From NCBI RefSeq assembly GCF_006345805.1, contig NC_043007.1, positions 70,246,001 through 70,310,000 on the forward strand: a DNA stretch of 64,000 nucleotides, in the 5' to 3' direction. The translations under genes and the position numbers were made by a program. The notes below the pieces were generated by a model. It saw only the letters and a list, made by a program, of their open reading frames with translations, did no database searches and was not told the origin of the DNA. Position 1 is the first letter of the stretch, and each line of letters starts with the position of its first letter. The DNA comes from Octopus sinensis (Eukaryota). Shown here in pieces: positions 41,470 to 54,181 of the stretch.

Positions 41470-41923
41470 TTATCCACTCCATTCCGTAACCCTTGTAACC
41501 TTTTTTGCACACCTGGCAACCCCGGTCGCCTACCGTGAAATATAAAAAGAACTTTTTTCAGTTTATCGTACTTCGATACAAAAAAAAATCCACAACCTTA
41601 CGTCTCAATAAACCACTGTTGTCCCTGAAAGCTGTCTTTTTTATATTTACTACGAATTGCTTGAAGCTAACTTTCTTCCTACACCTCGGGCTTTGGTTTT
41701 TACATTTATATCTATAACTATAAAAGTGTGGGGGGAGGGGTGTTTGTGTGTGCGCGCGCTTATGTTCCTGATACATTCCAAGACCGAGGTGCCGATTTTG
41801 ACGTATGGGGTATCAAAAGATTCAGTACTATTTCGGCTACCAATTAAACTCTAATTCTTTTATTCTTTTATTTGTTTCAGTCATTTGACTGCGGCCATGC
41901 AAAGACTCTTAATGTTGTAATAC

Positions 41924-41967
<44 letters not shown>

Positions 41968-42060
41968 AAATTGATGAAGGGTAGAAATTGATATTTATCA
42001 ATTAAAACCAGTGGTCTAGCATATTAAAAAAGAATCCGAAGATTAAAATATTTATATATA

Positions 42061-42245
42061 CCAATTAAGGACTGAACACGAAAAGTGGACAGTCAACATG
42101 CTAGATTAGACGTCAAATCGCCATTCTCCACAAAAGATTATGTTCTCAAATCAAACTCAGCACATAATCTTTTGTGGAGAATGGCGATTTGACGTCTATA
42201 TCTAGCATGTTGACTGTCCACTTTTCGTGTTCAGTCCTTAATTGG
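42061..42245. repeat. Near-perfect palindrome (83-bp arms, 18-nt loop) in TA-rich context
   Basis: ccaattaaggactgaacacg...gattatgt / acataatc...cgtgttcagtccttaattgg, with one 1-nt indel. Confidence 0.95.
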
Positions 42246-42276
<31 letters not shown>

Positions 42277-43753
42277 TGTCAGTTTTGGCACCCTCAGACA
42301 CATTTAATGACGGTGAAATTTTTCTTTTATAGTTTTATATTGCGCCTAGCTGTTTATATAAATTTTATGTATGTATGTCTGTATGTATGTATGTATGTAT
42401 GTATGTATGTACGTACGTAATTATGCATGTATCTGTGTGTGCGCGCTCACGCGATTGTGTGTGTGCATATATACACACGCTCGTGTGTACGTGTGTGTCT
42501 GTATGTATCATTTCACTAGTTTATTCGGTTGAAGTTATCTCCCCTGAATCAAGAAACTTTCTTTTATCAGCATTCAGCAAAGTTGTCTCAAAATTGAATG
42601 CTTAAGTCACAGCTCTTATTCTCCTGCGATTTGTTAAATATTCCTATATCTGCTTGAGGATGGAATTTGAAGCCCAACAATTTGAACATTTTCCTAATCC
42701 AATGCTTCTACGTATATTTCCTCTTTTTACCAACCTTCTATGTTCGATAAAATATTTACCTCAAATAGTTGAAGCGATAATTACAGACTTATTCATGCCA
42801 CTACTTACAAACAATTCATCTTAAAAGAATTACAAAAATAAAAAACTATAATTTCGTAGGTTCAAACTGTGACGACTTTCAAAGTAAAGTTATCTAACTG
42901 AGAAATCTTTCAAATTGGTATCCGAGTTAAAGGTGTCCGTATGAAAGTTTTATCATCTAATTTTCCTAAAGTACCATGTGCATGCTTTCTTCTCCTATAA
43001 GATTCTAAACTCCAGAGAGTCATAACGTGCTTCGGTATCTATTCATTATTTATTTTTAGAAAATAAGATGGGAAATTTGTGCATTTTTATTGATTGTATA
43101 CAGCGCTGGATTAAGACCCATAAAGACCCTAAGCACTTGAAAGATTTTGGTGCCCCCCATATATATGTAATTCTAAATATAAGCATATAAATATAAACAT
43201 ATATATGTAATTCTAAATATAAACAATAATAAACCATAAAGTAAAATTTTAATTTTCAAAATGAAAGAAAACTAACAGTAAGATGATTTGAAAAGTTTTC
43301 TACATTTTTTGAATTGCCATATCTTTGACCAGACCCTCAAAATAAATCTTACGTAACATATCTGGGATCTTTTCCTTTTGAACGGCAGTTTTCAACACAA
43401 TTTCTAGTTAATTAAACTCTTTTAAACTTCGTATACTGGTAGAATGTGTCAAAGTAAAACATTTTTTTCTCTTGGCTTTCTTGAGAAAATTGTAATTTGT
43501 AAATTTAACGTAGTTTAATTTTTCGAATTTTGACCAATCCTATGGCCTCTATTGAGCTAAAATCATTTGCTGCGTCTAAAACAGACAACATCCTGTCACT
43601 AACCCTAACCCTCACCCTAACCCTAAATTTTAGCCTTTCGTTTTTTCCACCAATGTGTGTAGGTCATATTATGGTTACTTCTTTCTCTTAACTAAACCAT
43701 AAAAATCCCGTTCACCGGTCCAACTTTTGTTTAGTAGTATTGCACTGTGTCTA

Positions 43754-44169
43754 AGGCGGCGAGCTGGCAGTAACGTTAGCACGTCGGGCGAAATGCTTAG
43801 CGGTATTTCGTCTGCCGTTACGTTCTGAGTTCAAATTCTGCCGAGGTCGACTTTGACTTTCATCCTTTCGGGGTCGATAAATTAAGTACCAGTTACGCAC
43901 TGGAGTCGATGTAATCGACTTAATACCTATGTCTGTCATTGTTTGTCCCCTCTGTGTTTAGCCCCTTGTGGGTAATAAAGAAATAGGTATTTCGTCTGCC
44001 GTTACGTTGTGAGTTCAAATTCTGCCGAGGTCGACTTTGCCTTTCATCCTTTCGGAGTTGATAAATTAAGTACCAGTTACGCACTGGAGTCGATGTAATC
44101 GACTTAATACCTATGTCTGTCCTTGTTTGTCCCCTCTACGTTTAGCCCCTTGTGGGTAATAAAGAAATA
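43754..44169 (+). mobile_element. SINE family 1 dimer, 18-bp TSD
   Basis: AGTATTGCACTGTGTCTA at 43736-43753 and 44170-44187. Confidence 0.92.
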
Positions 44170-45022
44170 AGTATTGCACTGTGTCTATGACCAAAAAGAT
44201 GTGAACTTTAATAGTCAAGTTTATCTTGTGTGGGGGGAAAGAAGTCATTAGACATGGCCTAAAGGATAATTGCTTTACATTGTTCTCGTCTGTTTGCTTA
44301 ACTGCACTATAACAATTATAAGTTTCTTATAGTGACTTGGGAAACGGCAAGAATCTGTGCAAACTAACCAAAGCATGAAATAGTTATTTAATGCTTCTAA
44401 ATAAGTGTTTTTATTGTAAACAGGCGCAGGAGTGGCTGTGTGGTATGTAGCTTGCTTACCAACCACATGGTTCCGGGTTCAGTCCCACTGCGTGACACCT
44501 TGGGCAAGTGTTTTCTACTATAGCCTTGGGTCGACCAAAGCCTTGTGAATGGATTTGGTAGACGGAAACTGAAAGAAGCCCTTCGTATATATGTATGTAT
44601 GTATGTATATATATATGTGTATGTGTTTGTCTCCCCAACATCACTTGATAGCCGATGCTGGTGTGTTTGCGTCCCCGTAACTTAGCGGTTCAGCAAAGGA
44701 GACCGATAAAATAAGTACTAGGCTTACAAAGAATAAGTCCTGGAAGAAATTACCTGAAGTAGTAAAATAGTTGAAACCAGTCTTCGAAACTATGGTTTTG
44801 AAATCCACAGAGAAGCCTACTGTTACACCTGCATCGTACCAATGCAAAAAAATCAAAGTCTGTTGTTGTTTTGAGCACCTTATATTAACAGGTAGAAGTT
44901 CCTTCTGAAAATAATCCCAAGAAGCCTAACACCATACTTTTCCATAACAAAAATAAGGTAGGCGTAGACGTGCTTGATCAAGTGGTAAAGCTTTAATCAG
45001 TCAATGCACGTTTATTTTTATA

Positions 45023-45454
45023 CTAGCAGCATAGCCCGGCGTTGCCCGGGTATGTAAGAGCCCCAAGTAGGCAACGACTAATCCCAATCTAGTCCTTTCC
45101 CTCTAGGGAACGAAGGCGCATGTGTAGGTTGCAATGTCTTCTCTTCACTCGAATACTTCTGTGTATACGATGTTCCTAGCTGTCTTTTTGGGCGATAAAA
45201 AGGTCGAGTTGTGTCCCCTAGACAGAAAATGTGTTGCATATAAAAAGCTTAGATTCTCGACCCCATGTCGAATTTATCGATCTTTTTCAGAACTGAAGGA
45301 ACTTTTCAAAATTTTCACTGCGTTAGTTTTGAATTATGACATTGGGCTATGCGTGTGTCAAGTTTCATCAGAATCGGTTAAAAGCCGTGGTCAGGGTGAG
45401 GGTACAACCTGACAGACACACAGACAGACAAACTGCCGTTTATATATAGAGAGA
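45023..45454 (-). mobile_element. Non-autonomous Helitron
   Basis: Minus strand starts A|TC, ends with hairpin CCCGGGCAACGCCGGG then CTAG|T; no TSD. Confidence 0.85.
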
Positions 45455-45814
45455 TTTTGGATGTCGCTCTTATAAACAGCTAGGTAATATTCACAAGTGT
45501 TTACGACTCAGTCATTAGACGATGGGGATATATTCAAAAGGTTGCTGAAGAACTTTGTGGTGGTGGTTCACCTCACGTTCGTTCATGTACTATTAAACGC
45601 CCAGTTGAGGAAATGTCTACCTCTAGAAATAAAACCAGACGCGCATATGTGAAAACAAAATATAGAAACAGAACCACAGAAATGTAGGGTCTGTAAAAAA
45701 ACCTCTGTGTGACAAATGTGCGCTAAAACGTTTCGGTGAGTATTTAGAATTTCAATAAATTTCTTTTTATTTTGTGAAGATAAAATTCTTTCAAAATATC
45801 GAATTATTGTAACT

Positions 45815-46075
45815 AATGAAGCGTGGAACAAACTGCCGGCATCAGTTGTTAGCTGTCGGAGCACTGCATCCTTCAAAACTTCCATGCTTTCTGAGATTCG
45901 CCAACACTACACCTGATTTTCTCCCCTCCATACACACACAAGCATGTATCTGACTCATACATTGTTCGCTTTCCAAACATTTTTACATTACTGCATGTAC
46001 TTTATATGCACTTTCTGACAAGTTGTGGTGCACCTGAGCACTGTATACAATAATTTCATTATTATTATTATTATT
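45815..46075 (+). mobile_element. CR1-type LINE 3' fragment
   Basis: EAWNKLPASVVSCRSTASFKT, 3' UTR gtggtgcacctgagcactgta and (att)n; related to 21905. Confidence 0.85.
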
Positions 46076-46089
46076 TAACATCATCATGA

Positions 46090-46430
46090 AGTCACAAAAT
46101 TCAGTCCTCTCCAACATGGACTAATTCCAACAGGTAGATGAATGAAGCTCTGTTACAGTGAAGAGAGCTGGGTTTGTCAGTTCCGATTGCAGTCGAGGAT
46201 AAACAGAAGCAGAGAGTATGGAACAATCTGTGTTCAGGTCCCACTTTCAACTCTCTCTTTGATCAATCTGATATAATTTCAAGGTGTCGCCTACTTTCTG
46301 CTAGAGCAAAATTCTCGGGGGACTGGATTGATGCCCTGCCTGGGGTCAACATCGGAGGTCTACTCAGTCTGGATGAGGTCCGCATCTCCATCGCCCTCAG
46401 AATGGGAGCTGACGTCTGTAAGGGAGTTTG
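46090..46430 (+). mobile_element. CRE-clade fragment (region just upstream of the zinc knuckle)
   Basis: RLLSARAKFSGDWIDALPGVNIGGLLSLDEVRISIALRMGADVC (cf. SGAWL.ALP..G..L...RIAVALRLG). Confidence 0.78.
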
Positions 46431-46708
46431 TGTCACCATTCATAAGCTTCATCGTTTACTGCAGCCCTCAACGTGAAAGTATTACCTAGGTGCCTGTTTC
46501 TACAACTTGAAAGGAGATTAAATTAAATCAACACCGGTTTGCTGGACGTTGAACTTTGTCATTCATACGATAAAGAAAACATTATTTCCCCTGTCTAATT
46601 CGTTATGATGGGATCATTAACTCGATTATCATTCAGTGAGTATGTAGTATTTCAATAATACAACAAGGTAACCATGAAAGATTATCTAATTTGTACTGTG
46701 CATGTGTA

Positions 46709-46939
46709 CAGGATGGCCCAAAAGTAGGTTTACAGTTGGTGAATTATCTCTTTCGCATTCATACATGAACAGCTGAGATCTTAATTATAAAAAAAAATGT
46801 GAAAATATTATTCTATGCTAATTTGGTTAATTTTGTCAAGCTCCCTTTTCAGTTTGTAAGATAGAAATTTAAATGTAATAAAATGTTTTAAAAGAAACTT
46901 GAAGTACCTACGTAATAACTGTAAACCTACTTTTGGGCC

Positions 46940-46945
<6 letters not shown>
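46709..46945. mobile_element. Tc1/mariner-type MITE
   Basis: TA-flanked TIRs CAGGATGGCCCAAAAGTAGGTTTACAGTT / AACTGTAAACCTACTTTTGGGCCACCCTA. Confidence 0.88.
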
Positions 46946-46974
<29 letters not shown>

Positions 46975-47006
46975 GGTCATATATATATATATATATATAT
47001 ATACGG

Positions 47007-47054
<48 letters not shown>

Positions 47055-47128
47055 GGTCATATATATATATATATATATACGGTCATATATATATATATTA
47101 TATATATATATACGGTCATATATATATA

Positions 47129-48311
47129 CGGTCATCCCATAAATAATACGGTTTTTTATACTTTTTCATCTTTCAAAATTAAGATAAACAAAGTGCTTTT
47201 TTAATTTAAAATATACTCTCCGTTTTCTACAATGCTCTTCAATTTATTTGATAGACTTGCAAGGCCCCTCTTCCATAATTCACTTGTCCATGATGAAAAA
47301 TACTCCTCCACTAATATTCTAACCTCGTCTACAGAATTCATACTTTAACATCGCCACTTTGGCAACGTTTCGATCGCCCATACTTTTTCCGTACAAATGA
47401 TTTTGAAAACTGTGGAATCAATGATAATCAGATGGGGCAATGTCCGGCAAATATGGTGGGTGGGGCATTGTTTCCCATTCAAACTGTTCCAGCTTTTGAA
47501 ATATCATCGTCTTTGTATGTGGCCGAGCATTATCCTGATGGAAGAACACCATTCGTCTTGAAACGAAAAATAGTCGTTTTTGTTTGGTTTGAGTTTAAAA
47601 GTTCAAAGTTGACAAACCTTTCATATCCCACCAAACAGATAACACCTTACGTAGGTGAAGACTTTCTTTAGCCTGGGGTGCCAGTGTTTCTCCTTTTCCT
47701 ACCCAATGTCTTCGGCGCTTGACATTTTTATAGAGAACCTATTTCTCGTCACCAGTCACTATTTGGTCCAAAAAAGGTTCATTGGTGAGATGCGACAGCA
47801 AAGAAGGGCACACATTCACTCTCTGATGCGATTAGACTCATAAAGTTTGTGAGGAACTCGTTGATCCAATTTCCTGATTTCTCCGATGGCACGCAGGTGC
47901 CAATGTATGGTCGAATGACCAGTCTAGCTCTGCACATCTTACAGGACGAGGCTTGTCTTCTAGGCTGTAGTTTCCGGCTCGGAATTTCTGGAACTACCGT
48001 TGACACTGACTTACGCTTATTGTCTGATCCCCATACACTGCATTAATATTCCTCATGCTTTCCGTTGCGTTGTTGCTTTTATTGAACTCATAAAGCAAAA
48101 TATGCCGAATATGCTCCTTTGTCACTTTCATTATAGCCTTGAAAAATAACTGTCAAAATTGAAATGCACTCTTCAAAATTTGCACTAAGAATAAATACAA
48201 GGTAAACTTACTACCTGCTTTTACAGCAAGTCGATGCAGGTAGTTTATCTTGTCCCCTTCGACTTTTTGTTTAAGCAATTGAAAAGACTGCACTGTTTAT
48301 GGGATGACCCT
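47129..48311 (-). mobile_element. Decayed mariner transposon, same family as 38634
   Basis: TIRs CGGTCATCCCATAAATAAT / TTTATGGGATGACCC. Minus-strand remnants IVTGDEK, HQDNARPH, HPPYLPDIAPSDY align by eye with the 38634 copy. Confidence 0.92.
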
Positions 48312-48630
48312 TCTAAATATATATATCTCTTATGATATATATATATATGTGTGTGTGTGTAAACATTGGATGGTGTTCATACACGCACACATATGTGCAT
48401 GTGTCTGTGTATAGATATTGAGTGAATATTTCTTCTAAATTTACTGTTTATACTCTCATCATTTATAAATCCTAATATTTATCTCGCTTCGTTGCTAATA
48501 CTTTGTTTTGAATTACATCAATTAGTTATTGAATTAGAGGTTGAATGGATCTTTCATGAAAACAGCAAGGCTATTCAAGCCATCTACAAGTTATTTTGGA
48601 TAAATATTAATAACATAATACTTGCATATA

Positions 48631-48678
<48 letters not shown>

Positions 48679-48688
48679 TATATATATA

Positions 48689-49531
48689 TCATCATCATCA
48701 TCATCATCATTTAGCGTCCGCTTTCCATGGGTTGGACGGTTCAACTGGGGTCTGTGAAGCCAGAAGGCTGCATCAGGCCCAGTCTGATCTGGCAGTGTTT
48801 CTACGGCTGGATGCCCTTCCTAACACCAACCACTCCGTGAGTGTAGTAGGTGCTTTTTACGTGCCACCTGCACAGGTGCCAGACAGAGCTGGCAAACGGC
48901 CACGAACGGATGGTGTTTTACGTGCCACCGGCACGGGGGCCAGGCGAGGCTGGCAACGGCCACGATCGGATGGTGCTTTTTACGTGTCACCGGCACGGAG
49001 GCCAGTCGGGGCGGCGCTGGCAACGACCACAATCGGATGGTTCGCTTACTTGTCACCGGCACTGGTATCACAACTGCAATTTCCATTGATGTTGATGGAC
49101 TTCGATTTTGGTTCTGCTTTCTGATATCTGATTTGATTTGGTTTGATTTTGATTTTGATTTTCACTTGCCTCAACCGGTCTTCACAAGTGGAGTTTTGTG
49201 TCCCAAGAAGGAAAGGTATGTATAAGCCGACTGGCTACATATCAGGTAGAGGCCACGGGTTATGGTCTCACTAGTCTTGCCGGGTCTTCTCACGCACAGC
49301 ATACTTCCAGAGGTCTCGGTCTCTAGTCATTTCCTTGGTGAGACCTAAAGTTCGAAGGTCGTGCTTCACCACCTCGTCCCAGGTTTTCCTGGGTCTACCT
49401 CTTCCACAGGTTCCCTCAACCGCTAGGGTGTGGTACTTTTGCACACAACTATCTTCAGCCATTCTCGTCACATGACCATACCAGCGCAAACGTCTCTCTT
49501 GCACACCACAACTGATGCTTCTTAGGTCCAA
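48689..49531 (-). mobile_element. RTE LINE 3' portion with long 3' UTR and (GAT)n tail
   Basis: LDLRSISCGVQERRLRWYGHVTRM...GRGRPRKTW...DRDLWK; inverted partner of 50211-50943. Confidence 0.9.
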
Positions 49532-49649
49532 CTTTCAGTTTCCGTCTACCAAATCCACTCACAAGGCTTTGGTCTGCCTGTGGCTATAGTAGGAAACACT
49601 TGCCCAAGATACCACGCAGTGAGACTATACCTGGAACCATGTTGTTGAA

Positions 49650-50210
49650 AATATATGAAGAGTATAAAGGTAATGAATTATCCAGGTGGGTACTGTACAA
49701 GGACTCAGTTATAATCCGGTTCAGGCTAACCACATTGAATAGTAAGGACAACTAGGACTACTTAGGGTGAGCAATCGTACCATAATTCATCCGATGGGTA
49801 AGTCCTGGGTTCACGTCACTGGATTATGAGTATCTTTGTGAGTGTAAGGTCGATACAATTACAATAAATATGGAGATTGGTATTTGCAAAGGGAGGTCAT
49901 CCCTCTCTCATCAACCTAAGTGATACGCACGGACTGCCGTTTCTAGGTATTTGCCTGTCTTCGGCGTACGGCAATCACCGGTTTTCGATGAAGGGAGACC
50001 GTTTGCAAATACTTATTTATTGTTTTTCTACAAATACTTATTATTATTGTTTTTCCAGTAACTTATTTATTGTTTTCCCATTGAGATGGCTAGTATACTT
50101 TACGTTGTCAAGCAGTTACTGTTTAGATCTCGTTCAGAGATTTAATATTGCTTGCAGACAGTTTTTCGAAATCAGTGACGGAAGTTACTGGAAAAACAAT
50201 AAATAAGTAT
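49650..50210 (+). promoter_or_regulatory. Candidate promoter/first-exon region of ECH1
   Basis: Unique CpG-retaining block just before the CpG-depleted region, with an ETS-like ACGGAAGT near 50178 and the candidate start/donor. Confidence 0.3.
49794..49797 (+). CDS. ECH1: Candidate first coding exon end (ATG-G followed by GTAAGT) of ECH1
   Basis: ccgATGG|GTAAGT is a consensus donor in the phase 1 needed by exon 57144. It gives MATRLLGTKYGLYRTM..., a basic, acid-free presequence-like N-terminus. It lies in a CpG-retaining unique block. Inference only. Confidence 0.35.
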
Positions 50211-50943
50211 TTGGACCTAAGAAGCATCAGTTGCGGTGTGCAAGAGAGACGTTTGCACTGGTATGGTCATGTAGCGAGAATGGATGAAGATAATTGTGTG
50301 AAAAAGTGCCACACCCTAGCGTTTGAGGGAACCTGTGGAAGAAGCAGACCCAGGAAAACCTGGGAGAGGTGGTGAAGCACGACCTTCGAACTTTAGGTCT
50401 CACTGAGGAAATGACTAGAGACCGAGACCTCTGGAAGTATGCTGTGCGTGAGAAGACCCGGCAGGACAAGTGAGACCATAACCCGTGGCCTTCTACATGG
50501 GATGTAGCCAGCCCACTTATGCATACCTTCCCTTCTTGGGACACAAAACTCTACTTGTGAAGACCTGTTGAGGCAAGTGAAAATCAAAATCAAAATCGAT
50601 CAACATCAATGGAAATTGCAGCTGTGATACCAGTGCCGGTGGTATGTAAGAGAACCATCCGAACGTCGCCGTTGCCAGCTCTGCCCCAACTGGCCTCGTG
50701 CCGATGGCACATAAAAAGCACCATCCGATTGTGGTCGTTGTCAGCCTCATCTGGCACCTGTGCCGGTGGCACATAAAAGCACCCACTACACTCACGGAGT
50801 GGTTGGCATTAGGAAGGGCATCCAGCTGTAGAAACATTGCCAGATCAGACTGGGCCTGGTGCAGCCTCCTGGCTTCCCAGACCCCAGTTGAACCGTCCAA
50901 CCCATGCTAGCATGAAAAGCGGACGCTAAACGATGATGATGAT
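50211..50943 (+). mobile_element. RTE LINE 3' portion, inverted partner of 48689-49531
   Basis: Same sequence from ttggacctaagaagcatcag to ggacgctaaacgatgatgat. Confidence 0.9.
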
Positions 50944-51060
50944 ATATATATATTTATATATATATTTATATATATATATATATATTATATATATATATAT
51001 ATATTATATATATATATATATAGGTGAGAGAGTTGGTATGTGAAAGCACGTTGTTGGATG

Positions 51061-51489
51061 TATAAAAAATATAAAAGAGTGGAAAAACTACAAAACTACA
51101 AAAGGCTTGTGTTATAAGATTAAAGAATATATTGAAGTCGTTATGTTAGAAAAATGTTATAAAATTTTGTGTATAGTAACATGGTTTTTGGATAAATAAC
51201 TAGTTTTGTATATTCTTTTCAAATTTCTCAAATTTCCTTTACCTACATTGTATCATGTCTTCGCTTGACACGATGTAGCTAAAGGAAATTTGAGAAATTT
51301 GAAAAGAATATACAAAACCGGTTATTTATCCAAAAACTATGTTACTATACACAAAATTTTATAACATTTTTCTAACATAACGACTTGTGAGCTGAAACTG
51401 GATAAAAAAAATTTTTTAAATATAAATATATTCTTTAACCTTATAACACAAGCCTTCTGTAGTTTTTTCACTCTTTTTTATTTTTCATA
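51061..51489. repeat. Long hairpin (~195-bp arms, 10-nt loop) between (TA)n tracts
   Basis: Arms are near reverse complements around the loop tgtcttcgct (51256-51265); ~40-bp extra segment in the right arm. Confidence 0.93.
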
Positions 51490-51937
51490 TATATATATAT
51501 TTATATATATATATATATTTATGTATATATATATTTATTTATATATATATTTATATATATGTGCCTGGTTTCACTGTCCCTGGCAGGCAAATTCTATCGT
51601 ATTTACATAACCATTTTTCTCTGTTACATCTCAGACTCTCTGTACCACAAGCCCTCTCTTGCCCCTGGCATCAGTATTGCTCCACTTCTTGGTACTGTAG
51701 TTACCCCCTTTTTGCAGCCCTTTATGGTTTTGTCGGCATGTCTGACATTCTCATCCTCAGCTAACAGCAATGACCGTTACTTTAATGCCTTTCAATTCTT
51801 CCTCTGCCAATGGAATATGTAATCAGAGTTGACTGAACTGAGAGTTGGTGGGTGACACCTCCAATACAGGTCATGGTTAAGTTTGGATGGCCACTATAGT
51901 TTGGGAATGATGCCAAACTAGAAGCACCACACTTTAA

Positions 51938-52526
51938 CCGTTTAGTGTTCAGATTACTCTGTTAAATGTAATATTTTTTTTTATTCAAATTGTTTTGAAT
52001 TAATCAAGCATTATTTTATAGCTTTGAGGTTTCAATGATGTGATTGTTTATTTTTAGAATGGCATTGTAGGTTAGGTGTGAAAGGCTAGATATTGCCAGT
52101 TTGTGGCTGTGTGGTAAGTAGCTTGCTAACCAGCCACATGGTTCCGGGTTCAGTCCCACTGCGTGGCATCTTGGGCAAGTGTCTTCTGCTATAGCCCCGG
52201 GCCGACCAATGCCTTGTGAGTGGATTTGGTTGACAGAAACTTAAAGAAGCCTGTCGTATATATGTATATATATATATGTGTATGTTTGTCCCCCTAGCAT
52301 TGCATGACAACCGATGCTGGTGTGTTTACGTCCCCGTCACTTAGCGGTTTGGCAAAAGAGACTGATAGAATAAGTACTGGGCTTACAAAGAATAAGTCCC
52401 GGGGTCGATTTGCTCGACTAAAGGCGGTGCTCCAGCATGGCCGCAGTCAAATGACTGAAACGAGTAAAAGAGTATACAACATATAGAATATTTGGGCCGG
52501 ATATGGCCGGTTTAAACATTAAAGGG
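51938..52526. mobile_element. piggyBac-like TTAA MITE with nested SINE (52103-52473)
   Basis: TTAA-CCGTTT...AAAGGG-TTAA ends; body shared with the 57347 copy. Confidence 0.75.
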
Positions 52527-53352
52527 TTAAACCTCTTGAGTAGCTGGGTATTGTCAACTGCCCTGAACCAGTTGTTTAGTTGGATCAGTGCCTTTGGTAT
52601 TGCTTGCTATCACACATGCATGCACAGACACACACACGCACACACACTTTAACAAGTTTTATTATTTGACTATTGAAGTCTGTTTCCTGTAACTGTCACA
52701 GTTGGATCATGTTTTTAATGAGTGTTTAATGAGAGCATTATTATTTCTCATGTTGGAAATGATGTTAAATATATTTTGACTACAGAAACCTTTCATTCTT
52801 TTATAATAATATTAGAAAACCATGCCTACTTTCTTGCACGATATATATATAAACAAAATGTATTAGTCAAAGTTAGCTGTTCTAGTTTTTAACCTTTAGC
52901 TAGCTACAGTGCTAGATTAGACATTGTTCCTTATGTTTATCCTGTTGCTACTTGTCATGCTAAGTAAATCACTCTTATCTGATAAAATACCAACTTGAAT
53001 TGAGTCAACTGAAGAACCCTGTATGCTATATTATATCATCATCATCATTTAATATCCAGTTTTCATGCTGGCATGAGTTGGACATTTTGACGGGAGCTGA
53101 CAAGCCATAGGACTGCACCAGGCTCCATTTGTCTGTTTTGGTATGGCTTTTGCAGCTGGATGCCCTTCCTAATTCCAATCACTGGGTGCATTTTGTGTGG
53201 CACCAGCATTGGTACTTTTAATGTGACACCAGCACAGGTACTTTTTACGGGATACCAGCATGGGTGCTTTTTACATGGTGCCAATACAAACCAAAACCTG
53301 TAATATACCTAGGAACTTTTACAGTACTCGCATGGATAATTTATCCCTATAT

Positions 53353-53424
<72 letters not shown>

Positions 53425-54181
53425 TATATATATATAATTATATTTAAGAAAGACTACAAGATAAACTCCTATTTTCCTTCAGATTAAAGGTTGCACTTAA
53501 AAGTGCTCAAGGAATTCAGACTTGAGACAAAAGATAACTATATAAGTGAGGATAATGTCAGATAATTCAGTCCACAAACAATAATCCAACTCGCTTTCAT
53601 CAATAGAATTGATACAGAAGAATCACCAGAAGCACATACTTAATTATTACATAGGCACATTAGAGGAATGCATAGATGCATTAAAAATATATAAATATAT
53701 TAAAAATATATAAATACATGGAAAATATAGGGGGTCATATACAGATGTGAACATTAATACAGAAATATATTAAACTATATCAAAGCTGTATAAATATATA
53801 TATATATATATATATACAAAAAAGTGGTCCAACTCACAGAATGTAAATGAAAATAGTGAAATGAAATGAAAGTTAAAAATCTAGGAAGAAAGTAAAATGT
53901 AAAATATTAAGTGTCCTACAGCCATTTCTAGGGATTAATTGCCCATAAAAATAAAGGGTATATATACCCATTATTGAGCAATGCCTCCTTCTTCAGGGTT
54001 AATAGTGGCTGTGCAAGTGTATATTATTCAGTCTAATATACACTTGACAATTTTACCTAAGTCAAACAGTGAGTTCATGTCAAGACAATTAAGTGGCTGC
54101 CCTAATTATATAACTATTTATTGTGAACAGCCAAAAAGACAATAAGAAGCAGAATATTTACTAAACAATGAAAATATTTAA

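Noticed and set aside
43601-43626. (CCCTAA)-like telomeric repeats
   Set aside because: Only about four imperfect units at the end of a dispersed repeat arm; not a telomere or fusion site.
38634-48311. Composite transposon formed by two inverted mariner copies
   Set aside because: The copies are independently decayed with different deletions and carry no cargo gene; local insertion of an abundant family suffices.
48492-49124. 210-aa ORF, the longest in the track
   Set aside because: Runs through microsatellites and the antisense strand of an RTE 3' UTR.
49877-50206. 109-aa ORF, or the donor near 49947, as ECH1 exon 1
   Set aside because: Starts at TTG, with an in-frame stop just upstream and no ATG before the donor.
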